From: an uncultured delta proteobacterium
GTDB taxonomy: Bacteria > Desulfobacterota > Desulfomonilia > UBA1062
Assembly (NCBI GenBank): GCA_963798485.1
Contig: CAWCTR010000022.1
Span: 32,001-96,000, forward strand
Length of the DNA stretch: 64,000 bases
Direction of reading: 5' to 3'
Part shown: positions 1-9,612 of the stretch, in pieces
How the letters are laid out: each line of letters starts with the position of its first letter
Position numbering within the stretch: position 1 is the stretch's first letter
Translations under genes and position numbers: made by a program
The notes under the pieces: model-generated
Database searches by the model: none
What the model was told of the DNA's origin: nothing
What the model saw: only the letters and a program-made list of their open reading frames with translations

Positions 1-218
1 GGTAAGATTTGAATGGGTATGTCTTTCATCGTAAATGGTGATCCATCGAGGTATTCCCTCTGGAGTATCCATGATATCTCTTGGGGCGGGAAGCTCAAGA
101 ACAGGAGTTTCACCTGATACCACTTGGGTTTTATATCGGCCTCGATCGCCTCTATCCTTGCATATACCGAGGGCTTATTGTCGATATGGATGATCACCAC
201 ATCACCGATAGAATTCAT
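1..218 (-). CDS. Hypothetical protein, runs off the left edge of the window
   Basis: Hand translation from ATG at 218: MNSIGDVVIIHIDNKPSVYARIEAIEADIKPKWYQVKLLFLSFPPQEISWILQREYLDGSPFTMKDIPIQIL..., open to the window edge. Not in the ORF track because it is truncated. Confidence 0.6.
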   Translation of the reverse strand, partial: MNSIGDVVIIHIDNKPSVYARIEAIEADIKPKWYQVKLLFLSFPPQEISWILQREYLDGSPFTMKDIPIQIL

Positions 219-327
219 AGTGTCTGTCTATCACAAAGGGTGGAACATATCCACTTTAGATATGGTAATGAAGCATTGTTCTATATTATTTAACTTTTTA
301 TACCGGAAAGTCGATGGTGGATAAGAG

Positions 328-1296
328 ATGGCTGAAGAGATCCTATTCGTTGATGACGAAGAATATATTCTTGATATTGCTCAGCAGATCTTTGCTGAGC
401 GCAATATAACCATCCTCACCGCAGCCAGCGGCGATGAAGCCCTTGATATAATAAGAAAACATGAGATTGCCGTGCTTGTCTCCGATAACCACATGCCCGG
501 CATGAAGGGTATCGATCTCCTCTCCAGGATTAAGGCCCTTTCTCCTGATACGGTGAAGATCCTCATGACGGGATTTGCCGACCTGGAGACCGCCTTAGAC
601 GCCATCAACAGGGTGGAGGTTTTCCGGTTCATTGTCAAACCATGGGAGAATACCCAGCTTGTAGCCCTTGTAGAAGATGCATTAGAGCGCTACCGGCTCA
701 TCAAGTCCATCCTCAGGGGGGATGAAAACATGATGCGTTCCCTGGTCCATGCCCTTGAGCTCAAAGACCCCTACACTAGGGGACATTCGGAGCGGGTAGC
801 CGGCTATGCACTCATGATTGCAGAGCGCCTCGGTCTGCCGGAAGAGGCATTGACCTCGTTGCGCTACGGCAGCTGGCTGCATGATTGCGGTAAGATAGGG
901 GTCTCCGAGAATATCCTCAATAACGAAGGGCCCCTGGATGAGGCAGAGATCCATATCATCAGGAACCACCCCTTGTGGGGGGCGGATATGGCCAGGAAAG
1001 GGCACCTGACCCGTGCCATTGTAGATGTCATTCTTTCTCACCATGAGCGTTACGACGGCAAAGGATACCCGGCTGGTCTGGCAGGCGAAGAGATCATTCT
1101 TGAGTCACGAATCGTCAGTGTGGCCGACATCTATGATGCATTGACCACCGAGCGTCCTTACCGTATGCCTTATACCCGTGAACGGGCGCTTGAAATGCTG
1201 CTTTCCATGAAGGGCAATGTTCTTGACCCGGCATTGGTGGACTGCTTTGTCTCCATCATACAAGAGGATGGAAGCCAGGATATAAGCACCCAATAG
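328..1296 (+). CDS. Response regulator with HD-GYP (c-di-GMP phosphodiesterase) output domain
   Basis: N-terminal REC domain (ILFVDDE, SDNHMPGMKG, KPW) followed by HDCGKIG and HHERYDGKGYP motifs. Confidence 0.92.
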   Translation: MAEEILFVDDEEYILDIAQQIFAERNITILTAASGDEALDIIRKHEIAVLVSDNHMPGMKGIDLLSRIKALSPDTVKILMTGFADLETALDAINRVEVFRFIVKPWENTQLVALVEDALERYRLIKSILRGDENMMRSLVHALELKDPYTRGHSERVAGYALMIAERLGLPEEALTSLRYGSWLHDCGKIGVSENILNNEGPLDEAEIHIIRNHPLWGADMARKGHLTRAIVDVILSHHERYDGKGYPAGLAGEEIILESRIVSVADIYDALTTERPYRMPYTRERALEMLLSMKGNVLDPALVDCFVSIIQEDGSQDISTQ

Positions 1297-1308
1297 GGGT
1301 CGCCAATA

Positions 1309-1385
1309 GGGTTCAATGATAAGACCTGGGAATATTTAGTGTCACTCAGGTCTTGAATCTTGAACCTGGACTATAAAGACCTGAG
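1309..1385. repeat. Cluster of inverted AAGACCTG/CAGGTCTT repeats (REP-like palindrome)
   Basis: AAGACCTGGG 1321-1330, CTCAGGTCTT 1345-1354, AAGACCTGAG 1376-1385; outer GGTTCAA/TTGAACC pair at 1310-1316 and 1360-1366. Confidence 0.5.
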
Positions 1386-1602
1386 GCCTTTCTCTCCGTA
1401 ACACCTTTTTCCTCACATGCGATTTTGGTGGAAGCACCTTTTTAGTGCTATGATATCAAGGGAGATCTGTACCACCAGACCGGCATGTATAAAAATATCC
1501 TTACCCCATGATTCAAAGTGATCTATTATATAGATATAGGCATAGGCAAGATGATTAATCCTGCATTTCACCCATATTAGAATTCAAGGAAGGATATGTT
1601 AA

Positions 1603-4224
1603 ATGGAAAGTAACGATGTAATAATATATTCAGTAGTCTTTGCATTAAGCTTTATTACTTTCTACACTTTCTTGAAAATCGGTGTCAAAAAGATCGCTGA
1701 CACCGTGACGGCTAAACCACTACGATTTATCCTTCTTTCATTGATCATCGTGGGAATTCTTGGGATTGGGATTAAGAATCTAACCTTGGAACCTGATATA
1801 AAGGTTTTGCTCCCAAAGAAAATGCCTGCACTTAAAACATTCGACAAGATTGAACAGTTGTTTGGCGGCGTCGACACCGTCTATTTCTGTGTGACTGCAA
1901 AAAATGGGACTGTCTGGGACCCGCATATCCTCTCTCAGATTCGCGGGATCAGTAAAAAATTAAAGACTTCTCCTTATATAGACCAGATCCTGTCTATCAC
2001 CGAGGCAAAATCCATCTCGAACAAAGATGATATTATGGAAGTCACTAACATCGTTCCGGAAGACATGACTCTCGTTAGGCCGGAGGATGTAGGCAAGATC
2101 AGGGATAAGGTAAAAGCCAATGACATGATTTACAAGCGTCTGATAAGCCGTGATGGAAAATCAGCCCTGATTGTTGCGTCGGTCAATCTTCATGCCCTTG
2201 TAACCACGTCCAATGGTAGGAAGTCATACCGATTGGTTCAGGACAAGGAACTCTGCGAGCGTGTTGCGGATCAACCTGATAACCCTACTTTGCTCAATAT
2301 CATGGATAAATTCGCCGATCCTGCGTACAAGCTCACAGTAACAGGCTTCCCATACCTCAGATATAACCTCTGGATGCAGATGGCTTCGGACTTGAAGGTT
2401 TTCCTCATACTCGGCATCATCGTCATGCTGGCTTTTTTATATGCAAGCTTTAGAACCCTACGAGGGATGCTCCTTCCGCTAATCGTCGTATTGCTCTCAG
2501 TCACGGCATCCTTTGGTTTTATGGGGTGGATGAGAGAGAAGATAACGCTCCCTTTCGTCATCATGGGCCCGATGCTCATCGCTATTGCGCATAACTACGG
2601 TACACAGCTCATTGCAAAGTATTACGAGGATGTGCAGGATGCTCGCGGCCATCTAACCAGAGAGGATGTAAGGCACATCGCCGGAAAGGGCATCATCTCG
2701 ATCGGTGCGCCTGTCCTTATTTCTGCGATCACCGTAATCGTGGGGTTCGTGACAATGATCGCTCATCCCATCAGAGGTCTCGCCTTGCTTGGGTTATTCT
2801 GCGCCTTCGGGATCATTGCCGCATTCATCCTGACGATCCTCTTCCATACGGCGATCCTTTCCTACATCAACGTGCCGCATATGCTCATGGACAAACCCCA
2901 TGGGATGAAAACGGATAAAATGCTGAAATCTGTTGCGCAGTTCACTATCAACAGAAAGATTGAAATGCTCGCGGGTGTATTTCTTCTCGCAGCCCTTTGT
3001 ATATACTTTATCCCGAAGATAGAGGTTGATGCAAATGTGATGAATCAATTCCCGAAGAGTTCGTCGATCTACAAGGATGCAGAGTTCATCAGTGATAACT
3101 TCGGCGGATACAGCACGCTCAACATCCTTATCGAGGCAACCCATCCTGTTGCTAATGACTCACCGGAAGACGGACCCATGAAGAATCCACAGATACTCAA
3201 GTGGATGGAAGGCTTCCAGAAATATGCGCTTGCGCAAACTGATCCGAAAACGAACAAAAAGCTCATCGGTGATGCATTATCCATGTCTGATTTTATCTCG
3301 TACATGAACAGGATCATGAAGAACGACCCCAAAGAAAACAGGGTCCCGGACAGCCGTAATCTTATCGCCCAATATTTACTGTCTTATGAGAATCAGAGCT
3401 CGGGAGAATTTTCCGGTCTTGTCGACTATAAGTACAACAATACGCAGATTATTGTCAGGCTGCCCGATATGAGCACCCCCCGCCTGCACCTCCTTATCGC
3501 TCATCTGAAACAGTATATAAAGGATCATCCGAACAAAGAAATCCAGGTCTCTTGCGGTGGGACTGTCGCGATAAATGCCGAGATCGGGACCATGATCGTT
3601 GATGGGCAGATCTGGAGCCTTACGCTCAGTATTTTAATCATTATCATCTGCTATATGATATTTTTCAGGTCCTTTATCGCAGGACTGATCGCAGTTGTGC
3701 CGCTGTTTTGTGCGATAACGCTCGTCTTCGGCATCATGGGGGCCCTGCATATTCCCCTCGATTATATCACAGCAACATTGACCGGCATAAGCATCGGTGC
3801 AGGGACTGACTATACGGCATACTTCCTCTGGAGGCTCAGGGAACGGTCTCGATCACGTGGAAACCTTGAGGCCGGCTATATCGACACAATGACATCCATC
3901 GGTAAAGGGATTGTGTATAACGGATTCTCCGTTGTTGTAGGGTTTTTTGTATTCTTTTTCAGCAACTTTATACCAATGCGTTTTTTCGGCTTTCTGATCT
4001 CGTTCTCGATCCTTGCCTGCATCGTCAGTACCCTCACTGTACTTCCTGTTGTTATATTCATGGTGAAACCGAAGTTCCTTATGCAGAGAGAAACTCAAAG
4101 GCGCGAGGGTCTGGAAGGCTTGATGAGGCTGCCTGCCCAGGAACCTCAGGCTGAGACGGTGAAAGCCTCAGAGTCTTCGTATGGGGCGCCTATAGACAGA
4201 GAATTTCTGGAAGACCAATCTTGA
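1603..4224 (+). CDS. MMPL/RND-family transporter
   Basis: 873 aa with two repeated halves, each a large soluble loop plus a TM bundle; GISIGAGTDYTAYF motif. Confidence 0.85.
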   Translation: MESNDVIIYSVVFALSFITFYTFLKIGVKKIADTVTAKPLRFILLSLIIVGILGIGIKNLTLEPDIKVLLPKKMPALKTFDKIEQLFGGVDTVYFCVTAKNGTVWDPHILSQIRGISKKLKTSPYIDQILSITEAKSISNKDDIMEVTNIVPEDMTLVRPEDVGKIRDKVKANDMIYKRLISRDGKSALIVASVNLHALVTTSNGRKSYRLVQDKELCERVADQPDNPTLLNIMDKFADPAYKLTVTGFPYLRYNLWMQMASDLKVFLILGIIVMLAFLYASFRTLRGMLLPLIVVLLSVTASFGFMGWMREKITLPFVIMGPMLIAIAHNYGTQLIAKYYEDVQDARGHLTREDVRHIAGKGIISIGAPVLISAITVIVGFVTMIAHPIRGLALLGLFCAFGIIAAFILTILFHTAILSYINVPHMLMDKPHGMKTDKMLKSVAQFTINRKIEMLAGVFLLAALCIYFIPKIEVDANVMNQFPKSSSIYKDAEFISDNFGGYSTLNILIEATHPVANDSPEDGPMKNPQILKWMEGFQKYALAQTDPKTNKKLIGDALSMSDFISYMNRIMKNDPKENRVPDSRNLIAQYLLSYENQSSGEFSGLVDYKYNNTQIIVRLPDMSTPRLHLLIAHLKQYIKDHPNKEIQVSCGGTVAINAEIGTMIVDGQIWSLTLSILIIIICYMIFFRSFIAGLIAVVPLFCAITLVFGIMGALHIPLDYITATLTGISIGAGTDYTAYFLWRLRERSRSRGNLEAGYIDTMTSIGKGIVYNGFSVVVGFFVFFFSNFIPMRFFGFLISFSILACIVSTLTVLPVVIFMVKPKFLMQRETQRREGLEGLMRLPAQEPQAETVKASESSYGAPIDREFLEDQS

Positions 4225-4256
4225 TCGGGTTATAGGGCACTCGTCTTAAAAAAACA

Positions 4257-4286
4257 AAAGGGTTACGATTCTCATCGTAACCCTTT
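4257..4286. terminator. Rho-independent terminator, probably the original tRNA-operon terminator and bidirectional
   Basis: Perfect 13-bp stem AAAGGGTTACGAT-tctc-ATCGTAACCCTTT with an A-run on its left (U-tail on the minus strand), just beyond the displaced tRNA 3' end. Confidence 0.8.
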
Positions 4287-4295
4287 AATATAATG

Positions 4296-4341
4296 TGGCG
4301 TCCCCAAGGGGATTTGAACCCCTGTCGCCGGCGTGAAAGGC
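4296..4341 (-). repeat. att site: 46-bp duplicate of the tRNA-Glu 3' half
   Basis: TGGCGTCCCCAAGGGGATTTGAACCCCTGTCGCCGGCGTGAAAGGC is identical to 22351-22396. Confidence 0.97.
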
Positions 4342-4413
4342 TATCGACAGAGTAAATCCATTGACACTCAAAGCAAGGAAGCAAGCCAATTTACAGACTT
4401 AACTAATTTTGAT

Positions 4414-4485
4414 TGTTGACCGTTTGTTGACTCTTTCCAGATTTTTCATACCTTTTCAGGCAAAAGGTCAACACCGGGGTCAACA
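4414..4485. promoter_or_regulatory. Putative integrase arm-type binding sites (GGTCAACA)
   Basis: TGTTGACC 4414-4421, TGTTGACT 4425-4432, GGTCAACA 4466-4473 and 4478-4485; the same motif pair recurs at 22304-22323. Confidence 0.7.
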
Positions 4486-5519
4486 TTTTCTGTGTTCGTT
4501 TGGAGCAGATTCATGTACTGTTTCTGGTCTGTCGCAAGGTTATGAATGTATATCTCGGTGGTCTTCATGTTAGCATGGCCAAGTACCTCTTGGATAACCT
4601 TTGTAGGGGTATGACCCATAGCCAGGAGCGATGCTGTGTATCTCCTGAGTGCATGAAAGCCGAAAGGCTTCACTTTTGCTCTCTTGCACAAGCCCTTAAG
4701 GAATCTACGTCTTACCTTGAAGGGCTTTCCATAATGCGGTGAATGTGGGTTTGAGTTAACAATAAGGTACTCCGTGTTCTTGATCGGCCTATTCTTCAAC
4801 CACCACTTCAAGCTCTCATAGAGTTCATCAGACATGGTGATATACCTCGGTACTCTGCTGCCATCTTTGCTCTTCTTAGTGAAGAGTCTGATTTGTCGCT
4901 GATCCATGTGCACATCTTCGACAGCACAGTTAAAGATCTCCGAACGCCTTGCCCCTGTATGTAAGTACAAGGTAAGGAAGAACCGTTCCTCCCTGGTGCA
5001 AGCCATGATCACCCGCAGTACATCTTCAACAGGTGGAGTATACTGAGGCTTGCGGTCTTGGGGCAAGTTCTTGACCCTGGTTACAGGATTCAACTGTAAG
5101 TCGGGATACTCGTCTTTCATGAACACCCCTGCCCACTCGAACATGGCATGTAGGTTCTTCCTGTCTTTGTTGCTGGCGTTATTGCTGACCGCCTCAGCCC
5201 TTGTGGTAAGGTACTTCGACACCATAAGTGGGGTGATTTCGTTGACCAGGCATTCCACTCCCCAGGCTGCTATTAAACGATTACACACAGCAGTCTTCTC
5301 TTTGATGGTCTTCTTACTGTATCTCTGAGCATAGGTAAGGTATTCAACAGTCAGGGATAACAAGTCCAAGCTCCCTGGCTCGATCCCGGCTAGTTGCTCC
5401 CTGCGTTTCTCTTGTTCCCACTCTTGGGCTTCTCGTTTGGTTCCGAACCCGTCCCTTGTATATGTCTTTCTGTTGACCTTTACTCGGCCTTGCCAGTTCT
5501 CGCCCCGCTTCGTAGGCAT
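4446..5519 (-). CDS. int: Tyrosine integrase of the island
   Basis: N-terminal arm-binding-like region (WQGRVKVNRK...GFGTKREA); catalytic TGARRSE, HALRR, LGH and TEIY; adjacent to att. Confidence 0.95.
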   Translation of the reverse strand: MPTKRGENWQGRVKVNRKTYTRDGFGTKREAQEWEQEKRREQLAGIEPGSLDLLSLTVEYLTYAQRYSKKTIKEKTAVCNRLIAAWGVECLVNEITPLMVSKYLTTRAEAVSNNASNKDRKNLHAMFEWAGVFMKDEYPDLQLNPVTRVKNLPQDRKPQYTPPVEDVLRVIMACTREERFFLTLYLHTGARRSEIFNCAVEDVHMDQRQIRLFTKKSKDGSRVPRYITMSDELYESLKWWLKNRPIKNTEYLIVNSNPHSPHYGKPFKVRRRFLKGLCKRAKVKPFGFHALRRYTASLLAMGHTPTKVIQEVLGHANMKTTEIYIHNLATDQKQYMNLLQTNTENVDPGVDLLPEKV

Positions 5520-5673
5520 CCCTTAGACCCTCCTCAGTATAGATCAGCTTACCACCAATCCTCGATGCACCAAGATCACTCGCATGTTCATACACCCATC
5601 CGAGTGAAGCATTCAAGCGAGCAGAGATTTCTTTCGGTGTAATCACATTTATGTTCATGGTTGATCCCATCAT
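5344..5673 (-). CDS. Putative excisionase / HTH DNA-binding protein
   Basis: N-terminal ITPKEISARLNASLGWVY...RIGGKLIY resembles Xis/AlpA-type HTH. Lies between helicase and integrase and overlaps int by 176 nt. Confidence 0.6.
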   Translation of the reverse strand: MMGSTMNINVITPKEISARLNASLGWVYEHASDLGASRIGGKLIYTEEGLRDAYEAGRELARPSKGQQKDIYKGRVRNQTRSPRVGTRETQGATSRDRARELGLVIPDC

Positions 5674-7079
5674 GCAGCGGCCCTCTCTCTTGCTGAGCCA
5701 TCTTGATCTGAAAGACTTACACCAATGCTCTTGTAGGCCTTCAACCTGTCCCTGTAACTACTTCTAAGCACTCCAGGGACATCAACATAATCGTAAATCA
5801 GAGGAGTCTCTTTACCCTCGTCTATCCTGATGATACGCCCGATACACTGCTTCACCTTCCCACTGAACCGTATAGGAATTGTCAGGAAGATAGAAGAAAG
5901 GCTCTTGAGGTCGAACCCTTCTCCGATGAGCTGGGCCGTAGCCACAAGGGCTTTACCTTCACCATTATTGAGGTCTTCTATTACCTGTGCCCGTTCCTTA
6001 CTCGGAGTAGATCCCGTCAAGAGCTTTGCATCAATACCTATTGCGACCAACCTGCTGTGAAGCGTATAGCAATGATCCTTCCTATCAGAGATCACCAGGG
6101 CTGTCCCTTGCTTCTCCGTCTGATTGATAACATCCTGTATGATCATTTCATTTCTTACCGAATCATTCACGAGGGCTGTTATACATCCCTGGTAATCACC
6201 AGCAGCATCGTCATAGTCGAATTCCGTGACCCTTGGGATAAGCCGTGCACACATGATCTGCCCTGCTGCCTGGAGTTGAGCCGCAGTGATTCTGTGTACT
6301 CGGTCTCCTGTGAAGTAGTAGATGAGATTTGTGAGCCCATCATTCCTGTATGGAGTGGCAGAAAGACCGAGCATAAACCGAGTGTCGAATTCTTTTAACA
6401 CCTCGGTGAAGGTCTTTGAGGGTACACGGTGTACTTCGTCAATTATCACTTGGCCTACTTGCTTATTGACTTCGTAGGCGCACTCCTTGAGCGAGTTGAC
6501 GATTGCTATCGTGAGCTTTGACCCTATAGAGTGATGACCATCACCAATGAGTCCGATCTCTTCGGGCTTGATATCGGTGAACTGTAAGGCCCTGTCTCTC
6601 CATTGGTTCAGGAGTTCCTTTGTCCGCACAATGACAAGGGTAGGCTGCTTCCTCTCAGCAATAACCTTAAGAGCCGTAACGGTCTTACCTGAACCCGTTG
6701 GGCTCTCCAGAACACCGAAGTCATGAGACCGTATGTCACTTACCGCATTGACTTGATGAGGCTTAAGCTGCCCGGTGAAATTAATATCCATGTCAGGGCA
6801 GGTGTGTGTTTTATCGACAAGGCAGTACGGGACACCTGCATCATTAAGGCGTCTGATCAGTCTGTTAAGGTAACCCCTCGGCATGTAATGACCCCAGCCA
6901 TTCTCACTGCGGTGACAATACGTAAGCCTGGGGGAAACTTTCGTTCCCTTCCATTTGCTGTACTTGATTGTGTTCGCATACTTGGGATTATCTATGGTCA
7001 ATTCTTCCCGGATCTTGTCCAAGGGTTCGCATGGGCCATTGATCGTAATGACATTGTTCACAAGAATCTCTGTATTCAA
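5670..7079 (-). CDS. Superfamily 2 (DEAD/DEAH, ResIII/UvsW-like) helicase
   Basis: SPTGSGKT, DEVH, LSAT, EGFD and QCIGRIIR motifs. Start placed at TTG 7079, 7 nt after AGGAGG. Confidence 0.9.
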   Translation of the reverse strand: MNTEILVNNVITINGPCEPLDKIREELTIDNPKYANTIKYSKWKGTKVSPRLTYCHRSENGWGHYMPRGYLNRLIRRLNDAGVPYCLVDKTHTCPDMDINFTGQLKPHQVNAVSDIRSHDFGVLESPTGSGKTVTALKVIAERKQPTLVIVRTKELLNQWRDRALQFTDIKPEEIGLIGDGHHSIGSKLTIAIVNSLKECAYEVNKQVGQVIIDEVHRVPSKTFTEVLKEFDTRFMLGLSATPYRNDGLTNLIYYFTGDRVHRITAAQLQAAGQIMCARLIPRVTEFDYDDAAGDYQGCITALVNDSVRNEMIIQDVINQTEKQGTALVISDRKDHCYTLHSRLVAIGIDAKLLTGSTPSKERAQVIEDLNNGEGKALVATAQLIGEGFDLKSLSSIFLTIPIRFSGKVKQCIGRIIRIDEGKETPLIYDYVDVPGVLRSSYRDRLKAYKSIGVSLSDQDGSARERAAA

Positions 7080-7128
7080 GGTGTATCCTCCTAGGGATTC
7101 GGTCAATTCGATGACCGTGGGTTAAAAA

Positions 7129-7338
7129 CTTACATGCAATCTTACAGGTGCATTTCTGTAAGTGCAGAATGGTTCTGTGCCTTGATTTGCTGAGAATTTA
7201 CAGATTATCTCAATAGAGAGGGAGATATAATTATATATATCTCTCCCCCTCTCTTGTAGTATCATGTAAGAACGCTGTAAACTGGCTACTGATGCGGATA
7301 TGCGGTTACAGATAACGACCTGTAAGAATGTCTGTAAG
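7129..7338. other. Putative replication origin of the island
   Basis: Nine TTACA/TGTAA-core repeats in both orientations around an imperfect AT-centred palindrome (7216-7253), directly downstream of the primase gene. Confidence 0.6.
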
Positions 7339-7352
7339 TTTTCCTCTGTTGG

Positions 7353-9401
7353 TTAGAGAAGCGTGATAGTTTTCCCTGTTATCTTAACATCACCGAGCTT
7401 CTCAAGATTAGCCACTGCCGTTAAGAACGTCCAAGCGCCGCTTTTACGGACGCCCATCTTGCTCTTGAGTACAGACAAAAGGAGCGTGCCGTGTACCTCA
7501 AGACAAGTACGGATTCTCTCTTCCATCCGGGCTACTTTACCATCAGCGTCTATGGGACTGTGAAGCTTGCGAACCAACAGCTGCCAGTCACAAAAAGCAC
7601 AAGCCATGCGGACTATCTCCAAATCAATCTCTGTCTTCCCAGCATTGACAGCCAGTATAAGCATGAACCTCTTGCAGTTGGTATCTAATCTGATTGAATG
7701 GATTGATTGTTCTAAGGATAAATACCAATCATGGAAGAAGCTATTCGCTTCAGCGGTAAAGCTGAACACTGTGTTATCCCTGATCACAGCTTCGACCATT
7801 GCCCTTAGACGACCTTGTAAGTCAGCCTTAATGACGGGATTGACTGCTGGCGGGTTGGGCTCCCTACGCTTGCTTACTATAGGAACAATAGTGATCCTGT
7901 TTGTCAATCCGATGGACATCATTTCCGAGTCGAACATAGATTCGTATGTATCAATTGTAGACGCTCCAAGCAGAGAAAGATGAGTATTATCAGAACGAAA
8001 ATGGCTCTTTTTTGTGTGGCTCTCATAGCTATTCCCTTCATAGAAAGTATTGATAGCCGTCAGGAGCACACTGCCTTCGATCTTCATCTTCGCTGTCAGG
8101 GCCTTGAATTCGTCCAAGGAAAGCAAAATGTTGATCGGAGACTTAGGGGATATAGACAACTCCTTCCTCTTGTCGCCTATGTAACCCATCATGCCCTCGG
8201 CACTGTTAACGCCTTTGCAGACATTGAATACCTCAAGAGACTCATTGAAGAACTCCTCCGTCTTATCAATCGTAGTAGACTTCCTGGACGAACCAGACTT
8301 ACCAAGGATGAGAGTGTACAACCGTGGGTCTATCTTCTGTTCTGAGTTTATGTGTACATGCCCTGAGATCAAGCTGCCGAGGCATGCGAGGAAACACATA
8401 AACCATGCCTCCCTAGGGGCCTCCATTACCCTGGCATAGAGATCCGCATACTCACCGGCTAACCCTGAGATAACATGAGCAGGGAAGAGGACTTGAGGTG
8501 AATTCTCTTCGTTCTCCTCGGTGCTCTCTACTGATGTGGTATTCAAGCCCTTTCCTTTGTCCCATGGTTCCCGTGGCTCCCGGTCATAGGCTTGCCTGAG
8601 AGTAGCATCTATCTCCTGGTCAGTGTAGGGCTCAGCCTCTCCCTTCGTGTTCGTACCAGGGCAAGTATCCTTGAAGTCTCTCATCACAGGGTATGCCTCA
8701 TCCTTCGTGTATCCGTTGTCTCGGAGTTGAATGGCAAGGCCGAACCCTGCATTATTCCTGCCTTCACCCATTCTTACGCTCTCCAGTGCTTGCGATAGTA
8801 GCAAGCTACTTGCAGGCCTATTACTTTCCAAAATATGCTCCAGGGATGCCCGTGAAGGCTCTCCTTGTGGTAGGTCAGGCTTATCCTTTGATCCTTCGAG
8901 ATACGATCTCAGATCAGTAGGAAGGCTGCTGAACTTGATCAACTCAAGATCCCGTAATTTGGTGTATGGCCTATCAGGATTAGAGCTGTAGAATAAGGCA
9001 TATCCACCATCTCCCTTGATATCCATACCGGGATACAGCTTCCCCAACTCTGCCTTGGACTTGCCGTTCAAGGTGTGAACAAGGAATCCAGGATGCTCAA
9101 CGTACACATGATATCCTCCGCTCGGTGTCTGTATATGCGGATTAAGGCCGAGCTTCCTCATGGTGTCCGGGCCTTCCGGTTGGTCGAAGTCCAATGCTAT
9201 GGCATTGCTGACCTTGCCAGTTATTGCAGCCCATGCACAGCCTTTGTGCTGCTGATTCCACTGCTGTAACTCCTCTACTGTAGGCTTTCGATCCTGGAAT
9301 TCCTTCCAGGGTACGAGAGCCTTCTTACTGCTTGTGTCGGTCGGGATCACCGAGAGGCCAAGCTTGCTAAATGCCTCATCGGGCTTGAGCTGCTTAACCA
9401 T
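7353..9401 (-). CDS. Bifunctional primase-polymerase (Prim-Pol) fused to a P-loop/DUF3987-like helicase domain
   Basis: AEP motifs ALDFD, TPSGGYHVY and DIKGDGGY; PriCT-like GEGRNNAGF; C-terminal GKSGSSRKST and LSLDEF. Confidence 0.85.
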   Translation of the reverse strand: MVKQLKPDEAFSKLGLSVIPTDTSSKKALVPWKEFQDRKPTVEELQQWNQQHKGCAWAAITGKVSNAIALDFDQPEGPDTMRKLGLNPHIQTPSGGYHVYVEHPGFLVHTLNGKSKAELGKLYPGMDIKGDGGYALFYSSNPDRPYTKLRDLELIKFSSLPTDLRSYLEGSKDKPDLPQGEPSRASLEHILESNRPASSLLLSQALESVRMGEGRNNAGFGLAIQLRDNGYTKDEAYPVMRDFKDTCPGTNTKGEAEPYTDQEIDATLRQAYDREPREPWDKGKGLNTTSVESTEENEENSPQVLFPAHVISGLAGEYADLYARVMEAPREAWFMCFLACLGSLISGHVHINSEQKIDPRLYTLILGKSGSSRKSTTIDKTEEFFNESLEVFNVCKGVNSAEGMMGYIGDKRKELSISPKSPINILLSLDEFKALTAKMKIEGSVLLTAINTFYEGNSYESHTKKSHFRSDNTHLSLLGASTIDTYESMFDSEMMSIGLTNRITIVPIVSKRREPNPPAVNPVIKADLQGRLRAMVEAVIRDNTVFSFTAEANSFFHDWYLSLEQSIHSIRLDTNCKRFMLILAVNAGKTEIDLEIVRMACAFCDWQLLVRKLHSPIDADGKVARMEERIRTCLEVHGTLLLSVLKSKMGVRKSGAWTFLTAVANLEKLGDVKITGKTITLL

Positions 9402-9612
9402 TCTCAATCTCCAACTGCTTCAAAAGGTCTTCAAGCTTCTGCTCGATTTCAATCGGCATAGGGCTTGTCCCACAGAGCATCTGAGAGATGTAGCCACGGG
9501 TAACACCGCAGATCGTGGCAAGCTGCCACATAGACAGGTTGAACTTCCGCAGTCTCTCCTTGAACGGGTGTGCGGTTGGAACAGGAATAACAGTTCTTAA
9601 CATTTGGTGCAT
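9394..9612 (-). CDS. Small XRE/Cro-like HTH regulator
   Basis: LSMWQLATICGVTRGYISQMLCG HTH; AAAGGAG RBS before ATG 9612; overlaps the primase start. Confidence 0.75.
   Translation of the reverse strand: MHQMLRTVIPVPTAHPFKERLRKFNLSMWQLATICGVTRGYISQMLCGTSPMPIEIEQKLEDLLKQLEIENG

Noticed and set aside
4296-4341. A second tRNA-Glu gene
   Set aside because: Only the 3' 46 nt are present, with no D-arm or 5' acceptor strand; this is the att duplication.
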